A stretch of 64,000 nt of DNA from Acanthaster planci. Taxonomy: Eukaryota. Position 1 is the stretch's first letter. Each line of letters opens with the position of its first letter. Of this stretch, positions 40,274 to 51,754 are shown piece after piece. The notes beneath the pieces are model-generated. The model worked only from the letters and a program-made list of their open reading frames with translations, made no database searches and was not told the DNA's origin. The position numbers were made by a program, and so were the translations under genes. The stretch lies in contig NW_019091357.1 of assembly GCF_001949145.1 (NCBI RefSeq), positions 996,671 to 1,060,670 on the forward strand. Reading direction: 5' to 3'.

Positions 40274-43200
40274 CCCACGCGACTGGATTGCGCTAAATGT
40301 AAGCAATACGCGTGGACCGTCTTGGCCACGGCAATTGCAACCACGTGCAAGCGCTCATGCGAACGCTACCGGCATGCTTGAATAAGTACACTGCCATCAC
40401 AACACTTTCCACTCATTTCCGCGATCCAACATGATTGTGACATCACATGAAAAAGGTTTATAGAGGGTTTCACATCGAAACCGAGGCTCTCTATATGTTG
40501 AGTTTCGTCGGTCGCACCCGCGCCCGCGGAGTCGACACGGTACATGCAGTATCCGGTTCGTAAGTATGGCGCCACTTTAGTTTCAACCACGCCCACTGCA
40601 CATGCAGAGACACGACCATCGCGGTAAACCGTCATTATTTTTTTATTAATTTTTTTGTTATTTAAGGTGTCGAGTCATCCCGAAAGACTCTTCCACAAAA
40701 ACTTGCAGTCTGAAAAGTCTGAATTTAACATATTTTATGTTTTTGGTGTCTTTCGCGACTCCTTACTTTCAATCGTCTGATCGTATTAAGAATTGAAGCT
40801 GGCACATACAGCCTCTTTTTCAAATGCGGAAGTGCGCAAATTGACGCTAAAAGTGTCGTATTGGGATCCATCTCCATGTATACCTCGTGATTTGGGACGA
40901 GCTTTTCGGACGCCTTGCATCAATACAGTGTTTTCAGTGCATAAGAAGGAATGAGTCCATTGCAGAGATCGTGGTCGCTATGAGAAAGCTTGCCCCGAAT
41001 CTTGAAGTATAGCAACAGTACAAAATTCAGTCTGGGAAATTCAGATTGTTATGTTTATATGCAATAAGATACATCGATGTACCAGATTTTGTTCAACTTT
41101 TCTCGCAAATGGCTTATTACAGCTTTCAGCTGCATGCATTTGATTAGAATACTTTGACTCAAATGTCGACTTGGCTGTCTATGTCAAACATGAACATTAT
41201 TTTATCATAAATAAATTTGAGGATACCACTGTTTAGTACGCCGCCGAATACCGACGATGTCAAGCAATTACCCCTCCGATTCCGGTGGGAAATCACATAG
41301 TAAAAGAATCTGTCATTAGCCAGAGCACTCTGCAACAGTAGCCGAAACGAAGATACATCACGCCCACCATTAGCGGAACATCCCTTCATGATGAAATAAA
41401 TGTATTCCTGGTGAATCTCCCCATGGCCGGTCTTCATTCCCTCTAACATCCCCCGACAGCTTCAAGGAAGTCGCTTTAAAAGCCCCATCGATCAAACGAA
41501 TTCCTAGAATGTAGCCTTGCTTTGCCTTGAGTAAGTCGTACATTTCTTGTATTGCAGAGCGGTCATTTTTCTAATTTGTAAGCAACGATGAAAACAATCG
41601 GCACTAAATTTTACGTTAACGACAAAATGTAACACCAAATTTTACACCACCGAATAATGTGGAAAAAGACAAACAGCAGTTCTAACTTTCAAGAAAGGGC
41701 CAGATGTTTTTCTGGACGGTTCGTTTACGTGGACTTCAACGTTTCAATTGCCGATTGAATAAATCAAGGCGTGAGATAGTGTATACGTCGTGGTCTGTTG
41801 TGAATTCAACATCCAACATTAGCGAGCAAAATGAATAGTTAAGTGCTTTGGGCACGTTTTGCCTATAGAGGGGGCTATATTCATTTCTTCGAACCAAGTA
41901 TACCAATGATGGCATTTCTAATTTTCTGATCTTGTTCACTTTCTCATTGTCAAGTTTTCTTTCCAACGACCTCCTTTTTGTGTTTTTATTTCACTTAACT
42001 CGTCCATTAGTACGTGAACATGAATAGGCAATTCCTTAAATGATTCGGTTTCAGTTTTTGAATGAGTCAGTGTTTGGATTTTCGTTGCATTCTACCAGAG
42101 ATGAAATTCTTTCTGAAGGTTGTCGTCGTGATTCTGTTAAAAAACACTTCACCTTCACGCAAAAGTACACTACAAGTTACCAGAAGTTCATTGGGGAAGC
42201 ATCGCATAATATATGCGTCTTTTGAGAAGCCTGCGTTTGGAGGAATGTGATTCTGGACTGTGGTAGTTCTCACGCACGTCCCTTTAATCAATCTCTCACC
42301 CCGTTGATTCATATTGGATTGTCTTATTGTCTCCTATTTTAATGAGTTTTCTTCCCCCACGCGGTAGTCTAGCTTGTTTCAAGACCTTCCAGTAGTTCAC
42401 TCTGCGACACGAACCACCACCAGAAGAAAGCCTGCACAGGAAAGTGTAGGATATTTTGTTTGATCTGGGATGGCAACAGACTATGGAAATAATGGTAAGG
42501 TATGCACTTTTCATATCACATGAACGATGATTGGCGGAAGTTATGCAAATATACCTGCAACAGGTTTCAAGTTTACGAACGACGTTTTCAAACTGAAACA
42601 TCGGCCAACATCATGTTGCACATGGGTTTTTCAGACGGTCAGAGTTAGGCATTCACAAATATCCTCTTATAGACGGGGGGCAGAAGAGGGGGCAATGAAA
42701 AACATAAGCACAGCCGATGTCCCAACCAAGGTGCAAGACCTACCCCCGCAAAGGTTTCAATGTTGAAACGACTAAACGATGATGCAAGCCTGTCATCGTT
42801 CCAAGCCTCTCCCCAGTCAAGTGCGATCTGTCTGGAGAGTTCTCCAGCATCAATTATTATGAAATCGTAGATCAGAGTTGTGCGTCTAAGTGGTTCGCTT
42901 TTGCCGTCGGGAAGGTCTTATTACACTAAATCCATCTTATTTTGCCCAATGACTGTCTCGATGACGCGGTGTAGACTCCTGATTGTTCCATAGCACTGCC
43001 CGGGCCTGGTGTCTCTTCTTGCCCCGTCGGATGATTGTCTGTGCCCGCTGAATTCCCCTAGTATACGGATCCTCTCTCAGAGTCGCCCATTCAACTTTTT
43101 GACACGTAAGCGGAAAAGGTTGTCATTTCTCATTTTCACTGCCCGGACAGATTAATCACCTTGACAGGACTGCGGCTCTATCCCGGTCCCCGATGGGTTC

Positions 43201-45479
43201 TTACAAAAGGGCTTCCTGTATCGGATAGGTTCTTGAAAAGCCGACTTTACATCTGCGTAACGCTTAATGCCTGGTCGCTGCGAGGAAAGTTAGTTATTTC
43301 CTGTTGCGATAAATCAATTTGTTTGTCTGCTCGAAAAGCTGGCAAAAAATACTCTGCAGGAATATCCTTGTAGGAAATTGTATCCGTCTGGCATCAATTA
43401 ATGAAATTTGATTAAATTCATCTTGCACTGTACATAAAACGATTCAGTCCGAATCGTAAAGTCGTAATAATCATCTCTTCTTTTTTTTTTCATTTTTATT
43501 TGCTTTTTATTTTATCATGTCGTCTAGACCTACACTTAAATATGCTTGTAAATTCTTCACTTTTAAAAACTTGAATGCGGATCTACAAGGGAACTAGACC
43601 CCTCTCTTTTTTTCCGAAAACCGTTTTTCTGTTTCGTCTTTAAGGTGTTTTACATATTCTTTATTCTTTTTAAATCCAGAAATATACTTCCAGAAAAGGA
43701 AGAATTTGCCCCGCAGGTGTATTTGGTTTACCTCCACTGTGGTATCCTCCCCCAAGTGTTCGACTCCACCCCCTCCTTCGTAAATGCTTGATACGCCATT
43801 TTTTATTTTGTTTAACTTTCAAGCTGCTGAAATTCAGTTTAATTTTTAACTTACAACTTGTCGTCTGTTTGGAAATACAGCCAGTACTCCCTATTGAGAA
43901 ATTAATGTTTTCCTATTAGGTGAAGAGTAAGCATGAATGCTTCACTGGTCTAAATTGCCCTGCTTTGTCCCCGTAAAAATCTAGTCTCCAAGGAAAACAT
44001 CCCAAGCTGTGTTGAATTTATTTCCCGGGAGCCGGGACGACCACTCTTCATCCGACAAGCTTCATTTAGCACAGTATTTCAATAAAAGACATCTCTGTAA
44101 GAACTCTTCCGCGTGGCAGATGCACCCTAATTGCTGCTTTGTGATGTCCTTGTGTAGTCCCTGTCGAGGGTAGTTAGATGTCTCTGTTGTCAAGCAAAAA
44201 AGTAACAGTGATCAGAATGTGAGCTTACAGTACCCGTTGTAGCCTTGGATATTCCACGGTTCGTTTCAGACAGCCTGGGTGACGTGTTTGAACTATACGC
44301 CTTAAGAGGCAAATTCGCTCATTGAAGCGCACGCAATTCGTTTTTGCGCTTTTTTACAATTTATTGATTTCTATCGATTGGCTGCCTGCCACCCTAAAAT
44401 GAAACCCCTTGACGAGCATTCGCACATCGCCTGTCCTTGCTAAATTGGTATTGATTTGAGCTCTTATTCAAAGACGTTAATGGCTGTCTCCTATCCAAGC
44501 TTAATAGAGGTATACAAATCCTTGGATTTTACGCTTTGGAAGGTGACATTTACAGATGCGACAGTACAATGACACGCACAACAGCTAGGCCATTCCGAGT
44601 TTGATTCCGGGACAGATTTGATTTTTGTAGGATTGCGCATGTGCGGCTTGAGCATCAGACATAAGCATAATAAAGCCGCCGCGAGGCAGAACCGTGATCA
44701 GGGTCTTGATGTTATATGTTGGACCTTCTCAGCATTTTCTGTCAGTCTGAAGAGAGCTGCAGGGACACCTACCCACCACTGCCCTTGGCCAAGGATGGAT
44801 CCGTGTTATTCCATGTGCTAACACCAACATAGGATTTCGTCTGTCGAGCAGAAGCGGAAACCATTACCTGGCATGAAATATGCGACACCATTATGTCAGC
44901 CGTTTGGTCTGCTCTCCCATCTTTCACACATTGCGAACTTGTTAGGTATGGTGAAATTGTGTTGTCATTTCCCCCATGCTTTCAGCGCTACGCTTCCGCT
45001 GCGGTACACCCCGTCCTGTTGTGGTAACCTTTTGGTGCAGAAAAGTGTGAATTTCTCGGCAGGTCGAGACGCCTGCACTTTGCCGCTACCTCCTCACGGG
45101 TTGTATCTGTCGCTAAGCATTCTTCTTGTCCCAATTCACTTGAATTGATGGGCTCCATATCATTTATTACATTCGATAGGGTCAACAGAGTTATCTATCG
45201 TACACACTGAGTTACAAACTCATCTAGAGCGCTGAGCACTACGTTGGAGCTGTTGATTTAGTTAACTAGACGAACCAGTCTCGCGCGACAGCAAAACAGT
45301 AGTACATGAAAGAAAAAGTGAAAAGGAGACATGCAACCAATTCTGGAGAACAATCGCTACTGTTAGAGGCCCTAACCTACCCTTTTTATTATTTCTAGTG
45401 AATCTCTGCTCTGAATCCTTCTTTGTCTTTCTTCGTTTCTTGTTGACGTAACCAGGCTAGTAAAAAAAGGCCGGGGGGG

Positions 45480-46202
45480 GTTAGGGGCTTACACGCAGCG
45501 CCGTACTGCACACAGCTTGCAATGAAAGGCAATTTAGCGGCACTTGCTCGGTTTCCGCGCTCCGGGGCAGGTACCCTGGACTATCGGCTTGTTTCGGGTC
45601 TTGTAAATGCCCCAGCAATCGATGACCTAGATCAATACAGATCGCTGTAAACATGCCTCCTTCATCCTATATCCATCTCCCTCGCCCGCTGTCCGTCTCT
45701 CCTCACCAACCCTGCCCGTCCTCTTAAGTTGTCGTTTCACGCATCCGTGCTTCTTCAACATCTTGGATTTTTTCCCGCCTTATGTTTTCCAGGCAGAACC
45801 GTTCGTCAGGTAATATCGTCATCTGCCATTGGCACGCTATAGATTCTACGTGCATGAGCGTAACCAAGCGAGGAACCCCACGTATATCGCGTGTCCACAC
45901 ACGCCTTGTTTGTGCAGCAGGCAGGGACGGACTAGAGGTGTGCGACTCGTCATTCAACGAGTGGACCTGCGTCAATAAGGATGCTCTTCTCCTCCGCTGG
46001 GCGTGTTGCCGTGCAAGCATCTCTGTAACGAGGGAGCCCTTTTACACCCGATCATTGAGGAGGCTGTGGAGGTCGCTTGCACAAGACCAGATCCATCCGG
46101 CTACTAGGGGAAAATTGGGCTGGAGTGTGGATAAACGATTATAATTAGTAAAGAACTGGACGAGTTGTCGAGTGAAAATAGACATCGAAATAAACAGAGA
46201 AG
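45480..46202 (+). promoter_or_regulatory. Second CpG-rich candidate promoter / 5' UTR exon, ~5.5 kb upstream of the GPCR coding exon
   Basis: GC/CpG-rich segment with a pyrimidine-rich stretch (45655-45725), ending at AAG|GTATGT (GT at 46203). Confidence 0.4.
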
Positions 46203-49200
46203 GTATGTTGAAATTCGTTTGGATTGAACATCTGAAGTAATGAAAACCAACCAGTTAGACGTATGTTATGTGTTCATTTTTCTGTTTCAATAAACACCTT
46301 TTCTAACGCCACACACCCGGCGCTTCAACTTCTCATAACCCATTCCTCCTCCTTGAACTCTACAGAAATCACATCGGCACCCTAGTTCACAACGCCGTAA
46401 TTTGTTGCGTGGAGTTTGCGCATGGATCTTTCTCTCCCAAAAAGACTTCCACAAACACTGAAGAAAAGCTCCTTTTTAAAGTCACTTCTGTGCTCTCATC
46501 CGTTCGTCTGTTTATGATATCCTCTACTGGGCTTAGCTATTGTAAAGTAAATCAGACTAGCGCGCTGAAGTAGGTGCACTCTCTCCACAAAAAGGCAGCT
46601 TGAAGCGTCTTATTGAGCTATCGCAGGTGTGCGCCACCTAAATTCCTTCCAACTATATAACCCGTTCTCTTTTAAAAGATGATAAGGTTCGCAGAAAGTT
46701 CCTTCCTGCGTGGTATCAACTTTAGACTGTATGGTTGGCAAAATCCTGACTTTTCCTGTCCTCAATTGCTATTAGCTACATTAATTTGTAGAGGACATTT
46801 TCGCGCCTCTTGTTAAGAGCAACTAAGTTCTTCTTTTCCCCACTATATCACCGGGCAGAGCTTTAATTGAATTTCCGGCTGATCGGTTTTTCTTTGTTTT
46901 CTGTATTCGGTTTTCTGTTCGGTTTTATTTTGCTTTTGAAATTTACCCAGTATCCAATGGAAGAAAACAGAAAAAACTTTCATTTGCATGCCAGCTTTGA
47001 ATTGCTTCTGCCAACACTACACATGGTTTCATTATCTACCGAAATGCAATTGGACATTTCGTTTTGAATTGTCTTAGTTGGTCAATTAATTTCTGTAAAC
47101 ACAGTCAGAACACAGTTAAAATCTAAAGGGACCGTTGACGATTCTGTCCCCAGGCTGCATGACAAAGCCAAACGAGTGGCCTTTTCAGAGACATGCGCAT
47201 GCGCAGCCTCTCTACTCAAACGTCAGGGCAACAAAGTTTTGGAGTTTTCATTTGAACAACTTTTGACCCAACTGTTCAATTATTGGGCCTATGCCCACAA
47301 GTCACTTGCACCTCTGGGCCCCTCGTTTCCAAAACTCCTGATTAGTTTTTTCCACCCTTGCCCAGCCGAGATGTCTCCTGATTTCCCCGAGGGTTGAGAA
47401 TCTCTTACGTCGGTGTTTTCAGAATAAATACAGTCTGCTATTATTAATGGCCGTCGTGGGAGCGACGTCATTTGCAGTTTCGGGGTAAAATCAGAGTTAA
47501 GAAATTTGTGAAAGGATCAACGGCATATGGGATTTTTTTTCAATTTGCTTCTTTGGAAATGTTATGAAGCAGAGAAGGGAGAAAGCGATTGAGAATAATG
47601 CGTTCGGAAATAGTTGTTCCAACAAACATCTGCATCTTTTCAAGTTTAAATGTCGTTTCCATGTTACATGTCCGCATTGCCACTGACGCACATTGAACGG
47701 GCGTAAAGGGAATAGAACACTCAAGGCTCGCTGCCAAAACCAGTGTCATTCTTCAAACTGCGGCTTCGATCAGCCATTGGTGTCAAAATTTAATCTTCTC
47801 CGCAGAAGGCCATATAATGCCTCACTCTTGACACCGACCCGTTGTTTGTTGAATGTACGTCAGATGGTGTTCTCCTTGAAGTCTGAGCTGCAGAAATTGT
47901 CCTCTCGGTTGGACCATTCATCAGATCCGTCAACGGTATCGGGCAAAGGGTGCATGATTTTGTCATGGCGAAAAAAGATGCCTCACCTTCCGGCTGTGGA
48001 TGTCTTTATACACTGAAATGTTTTTAATGGTGGTTATACTGTTTATCGAGCTATTACTTGATCCAGTTTGGAGAAGGAATTAGTTGAAGTCAAAAAGATA
48101 TGACTTTTCAACTCACCTTTCAGAACTAAGACAGATAGAGATAGGAAACGGCCTGTAAAACGCCTGCGCTGAAATCTCAATTCAGTCTCAATGTTTGAGG
48201 TGGACTGTTTGATAAAATGGTCCACAATAACTGGATTTTTTTTTGGTGCAAATTGTTACCTGCACACACAGCATCGAAAGCACATAACCACACCTTTGGC
48301 GGTCTGTATATATATCAAACCTGAAAAAATTCGCTGAAGCCTTTTCTAGACAAAAAATTCATACTCACGAAAAGTCAACATCTGTTGTAATTTCATTTCG
48401 CTGTAAGTGCCGTGGAGTCCAACGGTCCATGTTTAAATCACGAACGGGGAAAAGACCATGTTACGTGTTAATCAATGCAGTTTGTTTGATATGCCGGTCC
48501 CAGGGCGGCTCACACAGATCGAAGGCTTTGATCGTCAGTGTGTGTGACTAGCGAAAAAAGTCAACAATCCCAGAATCATTGTTTGATTTGGTTTGATCCT
48601 CGATTCTTTGGTGATAAATTGCTTTTTTGTGAAGGAAAGAGAGTGTTTTTCGCATTTTTAACTTTTCCTGTCTGGCGCTGTAATTTTAGATTGGGAAAAG
48701 CAGTCACTTTTGTACGTCGATCGATGGAGGACTGACGACAACATGTCCCCTTCTCATCTTAACGTCATTCTAACACAGAGCACCTCAGGTGTTCTAGCTT
48801 CTGCCGATCCTTCCAGGCTCCTTCTGCCTGTAGATAACGATCGACGCTTATGGCGACCCCTGGAGCATCGCAAGGCAGCCAAAATTGTAGAGGAACATTT
48901 TTAAATTCCCGATCTCAAGTAGAATTCTGAATATTGGCTTTCGCGGCCGTTATGGTTATGGTTGATGCCAAACTTGGTGCCTTTTCGTGGATTTTTGAAA
49001 CTGCTAAATGTGAAGTCTATTCATGATGACTTAGAGTGAGAAAATTCACAAGGAATGGCATGCCTGTGAAACCATTTTCTTTGTAGAATGGACAGCGTGC
49101 ACGCAGTTATAATTTGCGAGAACTAATTATGAGGGCGCTTTCATTTTCCAGAAGAGTTGTAACAGTTTGCAACGTTTCGTCCGATCAGTTAGATTGAATT

Positions 49201-49546
49201 TGCTCCACGAGAGCTCGCGTTAAATTTAGACTCAGTTGTCTGCGCTGATCAGCGACGGAAATTTCAAAATTGAATGTGCCACTGATGTGCCAATTTCGGC
49301 CAAGCCACCAAGACAGCGAGCAAATCTGCACTTGGAGCGTTCAAAGAGGACAAAAAGCTAAGAAACAGGACGGCCAATAAGTTCAGAATTAAGACCACTG
49401 CCAATAGGCTGTCTTCACGCTTAACTGTATGTACATACAGAGAAAAAAGACGCAAAACCTTTTCAAGTAACTACTGTTAGTTAATTGTGTATCTCTTGAT
49501 CATTTTGAGATCAGTAAGTCATTTGCAGAAAAAGAGGATTGTATAA

Positions 49547-49789
49547 GGGTAATTCCGGAAATTAGGGGTACATTTTTTTCGTGTCAGTGTCAGGTCTGAC
49601 ATATGAGATTGTAAGTTCAGAACACATTTCTAATTTCCAGGAGTGATGAATTAATGCAAATTTCCTACCAAAGAAGTATTAATAGTTTGAAATCAATTCC
49701 GCTAATATTCCCATGTCAAATACCAAAGGTCAGATGTAACAGAGACACAAAATCTCACACTTTTTGACAACTAATTTCTGGAATTACCC
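49547..49789. mobile_element. 243-bp MITE with 19-bp TIRs, flanked by an ATAA direct repeat
   Basis: gggtaattccggaaattag (49547-49565) versus ctaatttctggaattaccc (49771-49789), 18/19 complementary. ATAA lies immediately outside both ends (49543-49546 and 49790-49793). Confidence 0.7.
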
Positions 49790-50267
49790 ATAAGCTTTCC
49801 CCAAGACATAATGGAAATATACAATTTGCACCTCTGTTATGCGTTCCGAAGACGCCATTCATAGACTCATTTTCACATTTAAAACCCGCAGAGCTGGAAT
49901 GTCGAGGGGATAAAAAAATCAAAACTATGGCAATTCAAGATGCCATGGGCTCGGTTCTCCAAACAAGCTTTCGAAGAAGCAATTCTTGTGCAGGTGGTTC
50001 TCAGTAGATTATACCCGTAGCGGTCATTAGGACTTTAGAACTGGATATTACAGATGCCGTCAGAACTACTAATCAAACTTTATCCTTTTTTAGGGAAGTT
50101 TAAAAGTCGCTGGCAGAATTATGTACTACAGGACAGCAACCTTGGTAGCCTTTTATACATTGAAGGATTTTATCTTACTTACGTTATTCACACCAGTCTC
50201 AATCAATGACGAAATCGCACAATCACCACTTTAATTGCCCTTTCTGTGGTTCACCACTCCACAATCA

Positions 50268-50980
50268 AATAATAATAATATTATTAATTTACATAGCGCA
50301 AATTAACTTAAAAATTAAGATCAAATGCGCTTTACAAAATTAATTATATAGAAATTACAGATAAGATCTATAAACTGAAATGAAAAGATTACGAATATGC
50401 TCTCGTAAATAAAAACGTTTTAACTAAAGATTTAAAACGATTAAAATCTTGTTCAGCTCATATATCATTGGGCAATTGGCTCCACAGTGCAGGGGCTGCT
50501 GCAGTGAATGATCTGTCGCCAAGTTTCTTTTTAGTCGCATGTGGTGGAACCAAAAGTAACTCGTTGTTAGATCTCAAAGCATAGTTGGACCTTTTCTTTA
50601 TCTTAATTAGATCGTAAAGATATACTGGAGCGAGGCCGTGAACGGCTTTGAAAGACAGTAGCGGAATTTTAAAATCGATTCTATAATCTGACTGGTAACC
50701 AATGTAAATCACAAAGAACAGGACTGGTGTAGCTGAAACGTGGACTACCTTTAATAAGCTTAGCAGCAGCGTTTTGCGGTAATGCATAATAAAGACCGTT
50801 GCAGTAGTCAATACGTCCCATTACAAGACCATAATTAATATCTGAACGGCGTGACGACTAAGATATTTCCGAATTCTCCGAATATTAAAGATGTGACAAA
50901 AAGAAACTTTACAAACACGAGAAATATGAGGTAAAAAGGTCATGTTGGGATCAAACCGAACCAAAAAGCACGTATTGTTA
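50268..50980 (-). mobile_element. 5'-truncated, frameshifted L2/CR1-group LINE: ORF2 C-terminus plus 3' tail
   Basis: Minus-strand fragments FDPNMTFLPHISRVCKVSFCHIFNIRRIRKYLS and RIDFKIPLLSFKAVHGLAPVYLYDLI..YALRS..LLLVP..GDRSFTAAAPALWSQLP match the typical post-RT C-terminus of L2 elements. The element ends in tgtaaagcgc...gcgctatgtaaat followed by (tta)n. Confidence 0.9.
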
Positions 50981-51715
50981 ACATCTCCAGTCTTTTCTTC
51001 CACATCTCATTTCGCTGAGGATTTTATCGGAGCCAATTCGGAATTAGAATTGGCCTATTTGGACAAGTCCACGGCAAATTTGAGCAGCGTAGGGATAAAT
51101 ATGTACCCTTGCGATTTCACAAATTGGTAGGGAGCAGATGGACTGCAATCGAGACTAAACACGAGCGAGGGATGTCGGTTTATCTAGCTCGAAACCTTAC
51201 CCCTTCCCAAGTCTCAGCTAACTTACATTGGTTCCGGAGGTCAGACAAAAGAATGGACTTTGCTAATATTCGAGTTCTCTCGGTATTTTGAACACTGTTC
51301 AATATCAGTAGTTGTTCTTCTTAGTGATTGTGTGGCCTGTGGCTCCTTTTTTGGAAAGGCAAAGCCCACCTTTCTTTTGCTGATACCTTATCTGATTGCA
51401 TTTTTCTCAATCTTAACCGTCTCGTGGATATTACGTCATTTTTTATATTTAATATAAACATGAAATAATACATTAATATGGAGATCGAGCTATCCCATCG
51501 TTACACTGTTCCAGTGGTTTATGAAAAGAATTGAAATTCAAGAGCTTGCTTCAAGAACTGTCAAATTTTGCATTTCAGAATAATTATTGTCTGCATTGTT
51601 GTTAGGGTGTCGAATTTCAGTCCGTTGTGAATACAGTAAGTAAAAAACCGTCCGAAGTGCAATCAATTTTCCTTGCGAGTTTACCTTGTTGAGATCTTTG
51701 TCGTCCAATGCAATA

Positions 51716-51737
51716 ACTTTCTCTTATTTGTTGTCAG
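51716..51737 (+). other. Splice acceptor 17 nt upstream of the GPCR ATG (intron in the 5' UTR)
   Basis: Pyrimidine-rich tract ctttctcttatttgttgtcAG, with AG at 51736-51737, just before agctgacgagcgccaacATG. The ORF-track start at 51686 is a TTG within this putative intron. Confidence 0.7.
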
Positions 51738-51754
51738 AGCTGACGAGCGCCAAC

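Noticed and set aside
39678..40385. Long ORFs of 167-235 aa around 39.7-40.4 kb
   Set aside because: Artefacts of translating the N gap.
43574..43800. Possible degenerate MITE (gcggatcta ... tgatacgccat)
   Set aside because: The terminal repeats are too decayed to define.
51686..51754. N-terminal 23-aa extension of the GPCR in the ORF track
   Set aside because: Starts at TTG and spans a polypyrimidine tract plus AG; ATG 51755 is the more plausible start.
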